From Centroscyllium fabricii (lineage: Eukaryota), in contig JBNRSN020000006.1 in assembly GCA_051313645.2 (NCBI GenBank), forward strand, positions 241,862,001-241,926,000: a stretch of 64,000 nucleotides of DNA, read 5' to 3'. Shown here piece by piece: positions 36,458 to 49,392 of the stretch. Made by a program: the position numbers and the translations under genes. Position 1 is the stretch's first letter. Each line of letters starts with the position of its first letter. Under the pieces are notes generated by a model that saw only the letters and a list, made by a program, of their open reading frames with translations, was not told the DNA's origin and did no database searches.

Positions 36458-39372
36458 TAACAGCTTTTTATCTCTAGATTTAAAAAATATATAAAAATTT
36501 AATTAAGATTCTCTGGATTACTAGACCAGTAACAATCACGACACCACTGTTCCCTAAATGTTCCCAATTTCTCCCCTGCACCAAGCCACAAAAAGGTAGC
36601 CAATACATAGAATGGTAACAAGTTACATATTGTTAAGCTACAATGTTATACAACAACCTTCTGAAAATGAAAATGTGAGGACATCCTGCAATAAATAGCC
36701 AATAGCTCGACTTGCAGCCCCCAATGCCTTTCAAAAAACAGACACACTTAGCAACAGAAGAGAACGTGAAAGCCAATTAAAAAGGAAGCTTTATGTTGCA
36801 CCTCCTATTGTTACGGTCAGCAGATTTCTTCCCCCTCCATCTCTGCCAAAAAAACTGCATTTTTTCATTCCTACTGCACAACAAAATGACTCTCTTGTTA
36901 AGGCAGCTGGCTTTGAACCAACCAGCACGAGACTTCAGTTCCTTTCTACCCTTCTCCCTTCCAGCTGTGTGTGCCAAATAGGAGGAAAAAATTGCCAAAT
37001 TTAGAAGAAAATATAAAAGCAATTCGCAAAAAAGAAAATTGGCAAATGGAAAGGGTACAACATAGAAGGGATCCAAGAAATGAGGAAGGGGCTGGGCGGA
37101 GAGGAACAGGAATGGGAGGGTGGTTGAAGAATGCACAGTATTTCTACTGAAACAGATTGAACAGTGCTCCTGGGATTAATAACTATCATGTTCTACTGCT
37201 GATTAATTATTTAGTCAGGCCAAACTGTAATTACAGCTGTTTCTCACAAGGTGCCACAAACAGATCTTACAAACTACCCTGAGCTCCCCGCCGCCCTATA
37301 TTTAAGCGCAAATACTTTCCCAGCTCGCTTATTTTACTATATTTAGAACAGGCTGCTTCTGAAGTTAGTCTCGATAAACGTGCACCAATCTCCTACTTTG
37401 GTGAAATGCTGCTGATGCCAAGTCACAACAGAAAACGACGTAAACCCCAGCAACTTGAAAATGGAACACGTCCTGGGTGCTTCACAGAGAAACAAGGAAA
37501 GAAACGACAAAAAAAAATGGACGCAGAGCCGAAGGAGGAGATTACTAGGAAGGATGACCAAAGGCTTGGGTGAAGAGGTGGGTTTTAAGTAGGTCTTAAA
37601 AGGAGAGAGAGGTGTGGCGGAAGAGTTTCGGGGGGGTAATTTCGGAGAAGACTTAGGTGGCTAATAATGGGGTGGAGTGACGGCGGGGGGAGGGCGATTT
37701 ACAAAAGGCCAGTCAGAGGAACAGAGCGCTCAGGCTGGGGAGTAAACAACAGAAAGGTTGTAGCATACTCCCAGTGATGCCCCCCAGGACCAAATGTCAC
37801 GGGCTTCAACATGGCTGCCAAAGGGAATCACTATTAGGCCTCCAATGGGGCTCTAACTGGACAGGCAACACTTTGTAAAGAAAAACAAGTAAAACAGCAT
37901 ACACAGATTGTGTGTCTCTCCTGAATGCAACAGAAAATCAGAAGAGCCCAAACTCACAGCTGAAATATTTTGCTCTGATCTGCAGAGATGACCTGAAAGG
38001 ACACTTTGGGGAATTAAAATTCTTGGGAGCCTTTAAATCTACATTCCCCAGAATTGCAAGCCTCAAGAAACCTTAATTTTCGACAACTTCATTTAATTCA
38101 GGCAAAGGTTTACTAACTTTTTGACAAGGCTCTTGACTTTTGATGTTATTTTCACAATGATCAGATCAGTCCCAGCTTTAAAATTACAGGGTACAAGAAA
38201 CTCCCAAAATATTCCTTTTTGAAAAAAAAAGACACTGGGCCACATCCAACTCACACACTGCTGGCCTAACTCTGGCCTACTGTGGGTTTCACCCTCCCTC
38301 TCCTATCAGTGGCACAGCCTACAACATCTTGCTCACATATTCTTCCTAAACTCCTTTACTATGCTCCCTCAAAATTCATCTCTTCAACCAGGCCTCCGCT
38401 CACCCTCCTCATTTCTCCCAATTGCTGATCGTTTCTGAATTCCCTTCAACTCAGCTCGGCGTCTTGGGAGGTTTTTTGTTGCTCAGGTTAGCGAGGCACT
38501 ACATAAAAGCAAACCGCTGCTGTTATTTTGGTGATTGACCTGATCAAAAGGTAAACTGGGAAAAGATAATGAACTTCTCGTGGGTAAATTAAAATGTAAC
38601 TTTAAAAATAAAGCATTGAAGTGGATCCTTGCTGAAAATTATGCAGCACAATTAAATCTTTCTCCCCCACCAAATAAAAGACTCATCTCAACAGAAGAAC
38701 TGTAAAAGGTCAGATGGGATTGAGACAATGGAATGGAATGGGATGTGGATTAAGGAGTTGGAAATACCATGTAACAAAAAATGTCCACAGCATTCCTGAG
38801 GAAAGGAATAGACCAGCCAACCTGCTACAGAGAACACAAGAGAAAAATTCACAGTGATTTGTTAATTTGCACAGTGGAACTGATTCAGCCATAAGAGCAG
38901 ACACAGCATGGAACTTAGCCTCTTCAAGACTGATCATTATCTCCCATCACTGTTGACTGAGGCGGCTTAATTAACCTCCTTTGAAGTCAACCTTTCAAAT
39001 ACCTTTGCATTACACAGGCAGAAAAAAACTAAATTTACACAATCAGAAACATGTCTGTGAAGATATTATTTAAAAAATGATCAGAGTAGAAGAGTACTTA
39101 AAGACCAGATGATCACCGTTTGCTAGAAATGATTTAAAGAGAGAAGACTTATTATGGCATGTATCTTGCATTTACAAGAATATGTGTACTTCTGAAATTT
39201 ACAATATTTGCACCAATATCAATAGTATTATCCAACCCCTTTCAGTGTGCTTGTTTAAAAATATAATTTTAACTTGCTGTATCTTTTGATCAAGTGCAAA
39301 GCTCAAAATGGAAATGTACATTAGAGAAAGTATTCAGTTAAAGCAGCAGATCCCTTCAACAAATGGAAAATT

Positions 39373-42300
39373 AAATCTGCTGTGTGTAAAATGAATCCGC
39401 TCGGCGAGTGTGTAAAATGAATCCGCTCGGCGAGTGTGTAAAATGAATCCGCTCGGCGAGTGTGTAAAATGAATCCGCTCGGCGAGTGTGTAAAATGAAT
39501 CCGCTCGGCGAGTGTGTAAAATGAATCCGCTCGGCGAGTGTGTAAAATGAATCCGCTCCACGAGTGTGTAAAATGAATCTGCTCAGCGAGTGTGTAAAAT
39601 GAATCTGTTCAGCGAGTGTGTAAAATGAATCTGCTCAGCGTGTGTGTAAAATGAATCTGCTCAGCGTGTGTGTAACATGAATCTGCTCAGCGAGTGTGTA
39701 ACATGAATCTGCTCAGTGTGTAACATGAATCTGCTCAGCTAGTGTGTAAAATGAATCTGCTCAGCGAGTGTGTAAAATGAATCTGCTCAGTGAGTGTGTA
39801 AAATGAATCTGCTCAGTGTGTGTGTAAAATGAATCTGCTCAGTGTGTGTGTAAAATGAATCTGCTCAGCGAGTGTGTAACATGAATCTGCTCAGCGAGTG
39901 TGTAAAATGAATCTGCTCAGCGAGTGTGTAAAATGAATCTGCTCAGCGAGTGTGTAAAATGAATCTGTTCAGCGAGTGTGTAAAATGAATCTGCTCAGTG
40001 AGTGTGTAAAATGAATCTGCTCAGTGAGTGTGTAAAATGAATCTGCTCAGCGAGTGTGTAAAATGAATCTGCTCAGCGAGTGTAAAATGAATCTGCTCAG
40101 CGAGTGTGTAAAATGAATCTGTTCAGCGAGTGTGTAAAATGAATCTGCTCAGTGAGTGTGTAAAATGAATCTGCTCAGCGAGTGTGTAAAATGAATCTGC
40201 TCAGTGAGTGTGTAAAATGAATCTGCTCAGCGAGTGTGTAAAATGAATCTGCTCAGCGAGTGTGTAAAATGAATCTGCTCAGTGTGTAAAATGAATCTGC
40301 TCAGTGTGTAAAATGAATCTGCTCAGTGTGTAAAATGAATCTGCTCAGCGAGTGTGTAAAATGAATCTGCTCAGCGAGTGTGTAAAATGAATCTGTTCAG
40401 CGAGTGTGTGTGTAAAATGAATCTGCTCAGTGTGTGTAAAATGAATCTGCTCAGCGAGTGTGTAAAATAAATCTGCTCAGCGAGTGTGTAAAATAAATCT
40501 GCTCAGCGAGTGTGTAAAATAAATCTGCTCAGCGAGTGTGTAAAATAAATCTGCTCAGTGAGTGTGTAACATGAATCTGCTGTGTGTAACATGAATCTGC
40601 TCAGCGAGTGTGTAAAATGAATCTGCTCAGCGAGTGTGTAAAATGAATCTGCTCAGCGAGTGTGTAAAATGAATCTGTTCAGCGAGTGTGTGTAAAATGA
40701 ATCTGCTCAGTGAGTGTGTAAAATGAATCTGCTCAGTGAGTGTGTAAAATGAATCTGCTCAGTGAGTGTGTAAAATGAATCTGTTCAGCGAGTGTGTAAA
40801 ATGAATCTGCTCAGTGTGTGTAAAATGAATCTGCTCAGCGAGTGTGTAAAATGAATCTGCTCAGCGAGCGTGTAAAATGAATCTGCTCCGCGAGTGTAAA
40901 ATGAATCTGCTCAGCGAGCGTGTAAAATGAATCTGCTCCGCGAGCGTGTAAAATGAATCTGCTCAGCGTGTGTAAAATGAATCTGCTCAGCGTGTGTAAA
41001 ATGAATCTGCTCAGCGTGTGTAAAATGAATCTGCTCAGCGAGCATGTAAAATGAATCTGCTCAGCGAGCGTGTAAAATGAATCTGCTCAGCGAGCGTGTA
41101 AAATGAATCTGCTCAGCGAGTGTGTAAAATGAATCTGCTCAGCGAGTGTGTAAAATGAATCTGCCCAGTGTGTAAAATGAATCTGCTCAGTGAGTGTGTA
41201 AAATGAATCTGCTCAGCAAGTGTGTGTAAAATGAATCTGCTCAGCGTGTGTAAAATGAATCTGCTCCACGAGTGTGTAAAATGAATCTACTCAGCGAGTG
41301 TGTGTAAAATGAATCTGCTCAGCGAGTGTGTGTAAAATGAATCTGCTCAGCGAGTGTGTAAAATGAATCTGCTCAGCGAGTGTGTGTAAAATGAATCTGC
41401 TCAGCGAGTGTGTGTAAAATGAATCTGCTCAGCGAGTGTGTGTAAAATGAATCTGCTCAGCGAGTGTGTGTAAAATGAATCTGCTCAGCGAGTGTGTAAA
41501 ATTAATCTGCTCAGCGAGTGTGTAAAATGAATCTGTTCGGTGAGTGTGTAAAATGAATCTGTTCGGCGAGTGTGTAAAATGAATCTGCTCAGTGAGTGGG
41601 TAAAATGAATCTGCTCCGCGAGTGCGTAAAATGAATCTGCTCAGCGAGTGTGTGTAAAATTAATCTGCTCGGTGAGTGTGTAAAATGAATCCGCTCGGCG
41701 AGTGTGTAAAATGAATCTGCTCAGCGAGTGTGTAAAATGAATCTGTTCAGCGAGTGTGTAAAATGAATCTGCTCAGTGAGTGTGTAAAATGAATCTGCTC
41801 AGCGAGTGTGTAAAATGAATCTGTTCAGCGAGTGTGTAAAATGAATCTGCTCAGTGAGTGTGTAAAATGAATCTGCTCAGTGAGTGTGTAAAATGAATCT
41901 GCTCAGCGAGTGTGTAAAATGAATCTGCTCAGCGAGTGTAAAATGAATCTGCTCAGCGAGTGTGTAAAATGAATCTGTTCAGCGAGTGTGTAAAATGAAT
42001 CTGCTCAGTGAGTGTGTAAAATGAATCTGCTCAGCGAGTGTGTAAAATGAATCTGCTCAGTGAGTGTGTAAAATGAATCTGCTCAGCGAGTGTGTAAAAT
42101 GAATCTGCTCAGCGAGTGTGTAAAATGAATCTGCTCAGCGAGTGTGTAAAATGAATCTGCTCAGTGTGTAAAATGAATCTGCTCAGTGTGTAAAATGAAT
42201 CTGCTCAGTGTGTAAAATGAATCTGCTCAGCGAGTGTGTAAAATGAATCTGCTCAGCGAGTGTGTAAAATGAATCTGTTCAGCGAGTGTGTGTGTAAAAT

Positions 42301-44003
42301 GAATCTGCTCAGTGTGTGTAAAATGAATCTGCTCAGCGAGTGTGTAAAATAAATCTGCTCAGCGAGTGTGTAAAATAAATCTGCTCAGCGAGTGTGTAAA
42401 ATAAATCTGCTCAGCGAGTGTGTAAAATAAATCTGCTCAGTGAGTGTGTAACATGAATCTGCTGTGTGTAACATGAATCTGCTCAGCGAGTGTGTAAAAT
42501 GAATCTGCTCAGCGAGTGTGTAAAATGAATCTGCTCAGCGAGTGTGTAAAATGAATCTGTTCAGCGAGTGTGTGTAAAATGAATCTGCTCAGTGAGTGTG
42601 TAAAATGAATCTGCTCAGTGAGTGTGTAAAATGAATCTGCTCAGTGAGTGTGTAAAATGAATCTGTTCAGCGAGTGTGTAAAATGAATCTGCTCAGTGTG
42701 TGTAAAATGAATCTGCTCAGCGAGTGTGTAAAATGAATCTGCTCAGCGAGCGTGTAAAATGAATCTGCTCCGCGAGTGTAAAATGAATCTGCTCAGCGAG
42801 CGTGTAAAATGAATCTGCTCCGCGAGCGTGTAAAATGAATCTGCTCAGCGTGTGTAAAATGAATCTGCTCAGCGTGTGTAAAATGAATCTGCTCAGCGTG
42901 TGTAAAATGAATCTGCTCAGCGAGCATGTAAAATGAATCTGCTCAGCGAGCGTGTAAAATGAATCTGCTCAGCGAGCGTGTAAAATGAATCTGCTCAGCG
43001 AGTGTGTAAAATGAATCTGCTCAGCGAGTGTGTAAAATGAATCTGCCCAGTGTGTAAAATGAATCTGCTCAGTGAGTGTGTAAAATGAATCTGCTCAGCA
43101 AGTGTGTGTAAAATGAATCTGCTCAGCGTGTGTAAAATGAATCTGCTCCACGAGTGTGTAAAATGAATCTACTCAGCGAGTGTGTGTAAAATGAATCTGC
43201 TCAGCGAGTGTGTGTAAAATGAATCTGCTCAGCGAGTGTGTAAAATGAATCTGCTCAGCGAGTGTGTGTAAAATGAATCTGCTCAGCGAGTGTGTGTAAA
43301 ATGAATCTGCTCAGCGAGTGTGTGTAAAATGAATCTGCTCAGCGAGTGTGTGTAAAATGAATCTGCTCAGCGAGTGTGTAAAATTAATCTGCTCAGCGAG
43401 TGTGTAAAATGAATCTGTTCGGTGAGTGTGTAAAATGAATCTGTTCGGTGAGTGTGTAAAATGAATCTGTTCGGCGAGTGTGTAAAATGAATCTGCTCAG
43501 TGAGTGGGTAAAATGAATCTGCTCCGCGAGTGCGTAAAATGAATCTGCTCAGCGAGTGTGTGTAAAATTAATCTGCTCGGTGAGTGTGTAAAATGAATCC
43601 GCTCGGCGAGTGTGTAAAATGAATCCGTTCGGTGAGTGTGTAAAATGAATCTGTTCGGTGAGTGTGTAAAATGAATCCGCTCGGCGAGTGTGTAAAATGA
43701 ATCCGCTCGGCGTGTGTGTAAAATGAATCTGTTCGGCGAGTGTGTAAAATGAATCTGCTCCGAGAGTGTGTAAAATGAATCTGCTCAGTGAGTGTGTAAA
43801 ATGAATCTGCTCAGTGAGTGTGTAAAATGAATCTGCTCAGTGAGTGTGTAAAATGAATCTGCTCAGTGAGTGTGTAAAATGAATCTGCTCAGTGAGTGTG
43901 TAAAATGAATCTGCTCAGTGAGTGTGTAAAATGAATCTGCTCAGAGAGTGTGTAAAATGAATCTGCTCAGTGAGTGTGTAAAATGAATCTGCTCAGTGAG
44001 TGT
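39373..44003. repeat. 26-bp satellite/minisatellite array (~4.6 kb; TGTAAAATGAATCTGCTCAGCGAGTG) in CSRNP1 intron 1
   Basis: Directly visible; units vary from about 20 to 30 bp through GT slippage. Confidence 0.98.
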
Positions 44004-44402
44004 GAGAGAATTTGGCTCTGCTCCACAACGCAGTACTTCACTCAGCATAAACTCAGACATCCTACTACTCCAGGTTACTAAGGCAACATATTTTTTCTGT
44101 CTAGCAACTCACAGGAACAGTCTGAACCTACTGAATAAGCACTTTTTTTGGAACAAGAACAAAATTACATTCAGTCTTAACCAGACACATAAATAAATAT
44201 ATATTTTATACAGACATTTAAAGATATAAATATACATTCATTCCACAGCTACTTCACACTAAAGCAACACTGTAACACCCTATCTGACAAGTAGTGCTAC
44301 ATACATACCATCCAAGTGGACTATCTAACTCCGCCAGGCAGATTGCATACCAGAAATTCTATGAAATCTTAAACACAAGGAGTGAGAGAAAAACACACTT
44401 AC

Positions 44403-44960
44403 CTCTTGAGAATTCTTAGGACTTGATAACCACCATCAATTTGAAGGGAAATTGAAGACCGGGACTTAAAACATATTTTTTTTAAAAGGTAGATTGAGGG
44501 TCGAATGTCTTTTTTTTTAAAAGCCTGATTTTATGTTCTCATGATGGGAAGATGTGGCCGTGCTGGTGGTTTTAAGGGTAACTGGGGGGGGGGGGGGGGG
44601 GCGGTGTTGAGAGTTGGTGGTCCCTGAACCTTCAGAGGAATGGGAAGGGGCTGGCTGGCTGCTCCAGCTGCTGGTTGCTCGAGTCGCTGCCGGCCGGGGT
44701 GTTAGCAGAGCTGCTGCTGCTGCTGCTGCTGGTGCCGGGGACCGAGTGACGGGGAGCAGGAGGGAGGGAGGGACGGAGGAAGGGAGCTGCTGCTGCTCCT
44801 GTGGCTCCGAGCAGAGTGCAAGCAGGGGACGAAGCTGCACCTTCGAGCCTCGCCAGTGACTGGCTCCAAGTGAAGTGACTCAATCCCTCCTCCTCCCTCC
44901 CCCCGGTCTCGCTCACTCCTGTCTCTCGCCACCCAGCGGAAAAAGGACTTGCTGCGAAGC
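44403..44960 (-). other. CSRNP1: Probable non-coding first exon (5'UTR) of CSRNP1; the 5' boundary is approximate
   Basis: GC/CpG-rich repeat-free island upstream of the coding exons, ending in a strong donor GAG|GTAAGT (intron starts 44402). The first coding exon has an acceptor just 25 nt before its ATG, so an upstream exon is needed. Confidence 0.65.
44711..44731 (-). repeat. (CAG)7 microsatellite in the putative 5'UTR exon
   Basis: (CTG)7 on the + strand. Confidence 0.85.
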
Positions 44961-45480
44961 TGACGCACGCTCTGACAAGCTGCAGCCCACTGCTTCCTGT
45001 TTCCAGCAAAAACCTCTTCTTTTTTTCTCTCATTCTATCTAACCAAGTCATACATTTTTCTAAAATGTTGCATTTATTATTAGCAAAGAAATGCCACAGT
45101 TCTTCAGGTGATCCATGAACCAAATTGTACGTAAAATGAATTATTGTAGAATTAAATTGAGACAAATTTAATGTCATTTTTTTCTTTAAAGTTGCAAAGT
45201 AAAACGTGACTCTTCTGGGTGTGCAAAGCTCTTTATTTCACGTTCCCTCCTCCCCCTCACACAAAACATTATGAGAACAGGCTGTTGGCACCAAAGGTCA
45301 GATTAAAGTCTCTGCAGCCTGTCTGTTTTTTTTTTTGCCACAGCCTTTATTAGACTAACACAGCCAATAGCTTGTCAGAACTTGGCTAGAACCCCCCCAA
45401 AAAATGAGGCACTGACTCTTGTGTGGGTCTCCTCTGACATCACCAGTGCATGGGGTGGGGGGTTCTTTCTCCACTTGTTC
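44955..45480 (-). promoter_or_regulatory. Candidate CSRNP1 promoter
   Basis: Repeat-free region just upstream of the putative exon 1, with a CRE half-site TGACG (44961), CCAAT (45364-45368), TGACATCA (45435-45442) and GC/GT-box-like tracts. Motif-level evidence only. Confidence 0.4.
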
Positions 45481-45731
45481 ACACATTGAGGAAATGTGAT
45501 GCATTCTCAGTCTCTGTCAAACTCTTGTGTCAGATTACACAATGCTGAGGTAACAGAACCGAAACAGCGCATGATATAAAAACCCTATGCTTCCCATGTA
45601 CAGTTTATTCAGCACCCCATGGGAGTTACCTTTATGTTCTACCCTTTCAACTCAACCCTTTTCGCTTGCTTACTTTTTCCAATAATGTAAATGGTGCAGT
45701 GTGAATTCCACAACAAGTTCCACAGATTTCT

Positions 45732-46142
45732 ACATAGAAACATAGATGATAGGAGCAGGAGTAGGCCATTCGGCCCCTCGAGCCTGCTCCGCCATTCAAT
45801 GAGATTATGGCTGATCATCAAAATTCAGTACCCTGTCCCTGCCTTCTCCCCATATCCCTTGATCCCTTTAGTCTTAAGAAATATATCTAACTCCTTCTTG
45901 AATATATTTAATGAATTGGCCTCCACTGCCTTCTGTGGTAGAGAATTCCACAGGTTCACCACTCTCTGGGTGAAGAAATTCCTCCTCCTCTCGGTCCTAA
46001 TTGGCTTACCCCTTATCCTTAGACTGTGACCCCCTGGTTCTGGATGCCCCGACCATCGGGAACATCCTTCCTGCATCTAGTCTGTCTAGTCCTTTTAGAA
46101 TTTTATAAGTTTCAATGAGATCCCCCTCATTCTTCTAAACAT
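45732..46142 (-). mobile_element. CR1/HER1 LINE 3' fragment
   Basis: GHSLRIRGKPIRTERRRNFFTQRVVNLWNSLPQKAVEA, with a tail matching the HE1 SINE tail. Confidence 0.85.
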
Positions 46143-46439
46143 CAGCGAGTATTAGCAAGAAATGTTACTTGAATTGTAGAATCTTACAACATAGAAGGAG
46201 GCCATTCGGCCCATCGTGTCTTTATTTAAAAATTGATTCTCCTGATGTGGGCATCGCTGGCAAAGCTGGTATTCATTGCCATCCCTAGTTGCCCTTGAGA
46301 AGTTGGTGTTAGGACTTCTTCTTGAACCGCTGCAGTCGTTGTGGTGATGGTGCTCCTACAATGCTGTTAGCTAGCGAGTTTCCAGATTTTTGACTCACCG
46401 ATATATGTCCAAGTCAGGATGGTGTATGATTTGGAGTAG

Positions 46440-46880
46440 AACCTGTGCTGGCTCTTTGAAAGAACTATCTAATTAATTCCATTCCCCTGCTCTTTCCAAA
46501 GATGTGCGGGTTAGGTTGGCCATGATAAATTGACCCTTAATGTTAGGGGGATTGAATATGGGGCGTTACGGGGATAGAGTGGGATATGTGTTGATGCAGG
46601 TTCGATAGGAATCGATGGATATGTGGGAGGGCAGGGGCGGGATGCTGGGTTTGGATGATCAGCCATGATCTTGTTGAATGACGGAGCAGGCTCGAAGGGC
46701 CGAATGGCCTACTCCTGCTCCTATCTTCTATGTTTCTATGTTCCCCACAGCCCTCCAAATTCTTCCTTTTCAAGTATTTATCCAATTCCTTTTTGAAAGT
46801 TGCTACTGAATCTGCTTCCACCACCATTTCAGGCAGCGCATTTCAGATCATAACAACATGCTGCTTTGAAGAAATTCTCC
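46440..46880. mobile_element. CR1 3' fragment (-) with a nested 5'-truncated HE1 SINE (+, ~46494-46741)
   Basis: MVVEADSVATFKKELDKYLKRKNL on the minus strand, interrupted by an HE1 3' half. Confidence 0.7.
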
Positions 46881-47769
46881 TTATCTCCCCTCTGGTTCAG
46901 TTTTGGAATTTTGCATATATAGAGTCCCAGAAGCAGCCAAAAAATGCCACTTTTAGACCAATAATAAACCATGTACCTTACTGATTGTTTGTAATCTAAT
47001 TACAATCCTAGAAAACTGCCTTCTTCTCTCAAAGACGTGGCTTCAAGGAAGCAGCAGTGGACATTTATCTTCACACAAAATCCCATTTACAGTTCTCTGC
47101 TACCGTTAGTAACAACAGAAAACCAACAACAATAACTTGCATCTATATAGTGCCTTTAATGTAGAAAAGCTCCTAAAGTGTTTCACAGAAGCATAGCCAA
47201 ACATCGATGTTGAGTCAAAAATATCAGAAGGGGTTGTTAAAAGCTTTGTCCAAGAAGTGGGTTTTAAGGTGGGTCTTGTAGGAGGAGAGCAAGGTGGAGA
47301 GGCAAATAAGCTTAGGAAGGGAATTCCAGAGCATAGGGCCTAGATGGTTGAAGGCACGGCCACTAATGGTGGGTGAAGGGAGCAGGGGATGCACAAGAGG
47401 CCAGAGTTGGCGGGACACAGAATTCTCGGAGAGTTGTACGGCTGGAGGAGGTTACACAGAAAGGAAGAGATTAGGCCATGTGCGATTTAAACACGAGTAA
47501 GAATTTTAAATTTTAGGCATTGGGGAACTGGGAGCCAATGTAGGTCAGTGAGCACAGAGGTGATGGGTCAGCGGGAATTGGTGCAGAATAGGTTATGGGT
47601 TGCAGATTTAACCTCAAGCAAATGGGTATTGCGTAGACAACAACAGTAGCAAATCTAAACTTAATGTGCTCTGCACAGTCGATGGAAAAGGAAACTGGAG
47701 CTGCTGGATGTCCTGACCTGCTGCTGGCGTTATGCCCTTCCCTGATGGCCATGTAAAAGTTCAGCATGT

Positions 47770-48190
47770 CAGTTGGTAGCACTATTGCCTCTGAGTCAGA
47801 AGGTTGTAAGTTCAAGCCCACTGCAGAGACTTGAGCACATAATCTAGGCTGGCTCCTCTGTGCAGTACCGAGGGAGTTCTGCACTGTTGGAGGTTCCATC
47901 TTTCAGATAAGATGTTAAACTGAGGCCGTCTTCTCTCTTAGGTGAACGTAAAAGATCCCGCAGCACTAGTCGAAGAAGAGCAGGGGAGTTCTCCTGTTGT
48001 TCTGGCCAATATAAATCCCTTAACTAACATCGCTAAAGAAACAAATGATCTGGTCATTTATTTCATTTCTAAATTGACATCTGTGTTCCCTACATTTTAA
48101 CAGCGACTACACTTCAAAAGTATTTCATTGGATGTAAAGCACTTTTGGAGGTCATGAAAGGCACTATCTAAACACTAGTCTTCCTTTTTT
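47770..48190 (+). mobile_element. SacSINE1/Deu-SINE-like element
   Basis: Homologous to 26213-26645. Confidence 0.8.
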
Positions 48191-48561
48191 TTTAGCATAA
48201 TGCAAGCCTGATGACTGGTTGGACCAGTTTTCTGTATGAAAATTACCAGGCAAATATTTTCCACAGAAACGATCTGTAGCGCTACATAATCAGGCGGAAC
48301 ATCCACCAATGAGAAAGATCCTTTATATATGCTTTTTTTCCTCTATGCTTAGGCTCTCCTCATTAACCAGTGTCAGAATCCCTTGCATCGTGCAGAAAAT
48401 GTAACAGCAGAAGGGAATTGGACATGCATAGCAACAGCTGTTGTTCATTTTTGGAATTAACTGACACAGAGGCTGGCACCAGTTAATTATGTAGAGATGG
48501 GAGACTTATACATGTAGGTCACTCACTCTTCTGGAATCCGTACCGTTCAGTCCAAGAAAGA

Positions 48562-48946
48562 AGGAACTTGCATTTATATAGCTCCTTTCATGGACCTCAG
48601 GACATCCCAAAGTGCATCACTGCCCATAAGGTACTATTTAAGTGTAGTTACTGTTGTGGTGTAGGAAACGCCGCAACCAATTTGTACACAGCAAGGTCCC
48701 ACAATAAATGACCAATTAAACTGCTTTAGTTATTGATGGATAAATGTTGGCCAGGACCCCGGGAGAACTCCCCAGCTCTTCTTCTAAATAGTGCCGTGGA
48801 ACCTTTTACGTCCACCTGAGAGGGCAGACGATGCCTCGGTTTAAGGTCTCATTCACAAGACGGCACCTTCGACAGTGTAGCACTTCCTTAGTACTGCATT
48901 GAAGTATCAGCCTAGATTACATGCTCGAATCTTGGATTGGGACTTG
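48562..48946 (-). mobile_element. SacSINE1/Deu-SINE-like element
   Basis: Reverse-complement homolog of 26213-26645. Confidence 0.8.
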
Positions 48947-49392
48947 TGTTGTGTTTTGTACTTCACTGATGAGCGTCACCAGGCTATTTGTCCATAGAGA
49001 CACGCAGCCATGCACTTTCTAGCAAGGGTCAATGGGCAGTGATCAGAAGGGGGAAACCCCGGCTAATCATCCCCTTCCCTGACACTGAGGCCAACAGAGT
49101 GTCCCCATCACTGCCGCAGCTGAGGTCAGCTAACTCACCACTGACCAGGGACTGAACCAAGGAAATTCCTGCTCTATTAGCTCATTTGCACACTCAGCAA
49201 ATTGACTAACTATACCATAGTGGGCATCCCAACTGGGATTTTGTTTCTCTATTTTTCACTTATTTACAGGTGGGCGGGCAAGTTCAAAACTTTCTTGAGT
49301 GAGAGGTGTTTTCCGGTACGGAAGTTGAAGCTTGGTTAAAAAAAGAGGAAATTTTGAATAAATTAGGATAACTTAATAGTAGTGGGGACTGA

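Noticed and set aside
39373-44003. CRISPR-like array (26-bp repeats)
   Set aside because: Units are head-to-tail with no unique spacers, there are no cas genes, and the context is a eukaryotic intron.
44517-45177. Poly-Q/poly-A/poly-S ORFs (107-181 aa) as an extra coding exon
   Set aside because: Low-complexity translations of a GC-rich leader; CSRNP1 homology begins at the ATG at 23060.
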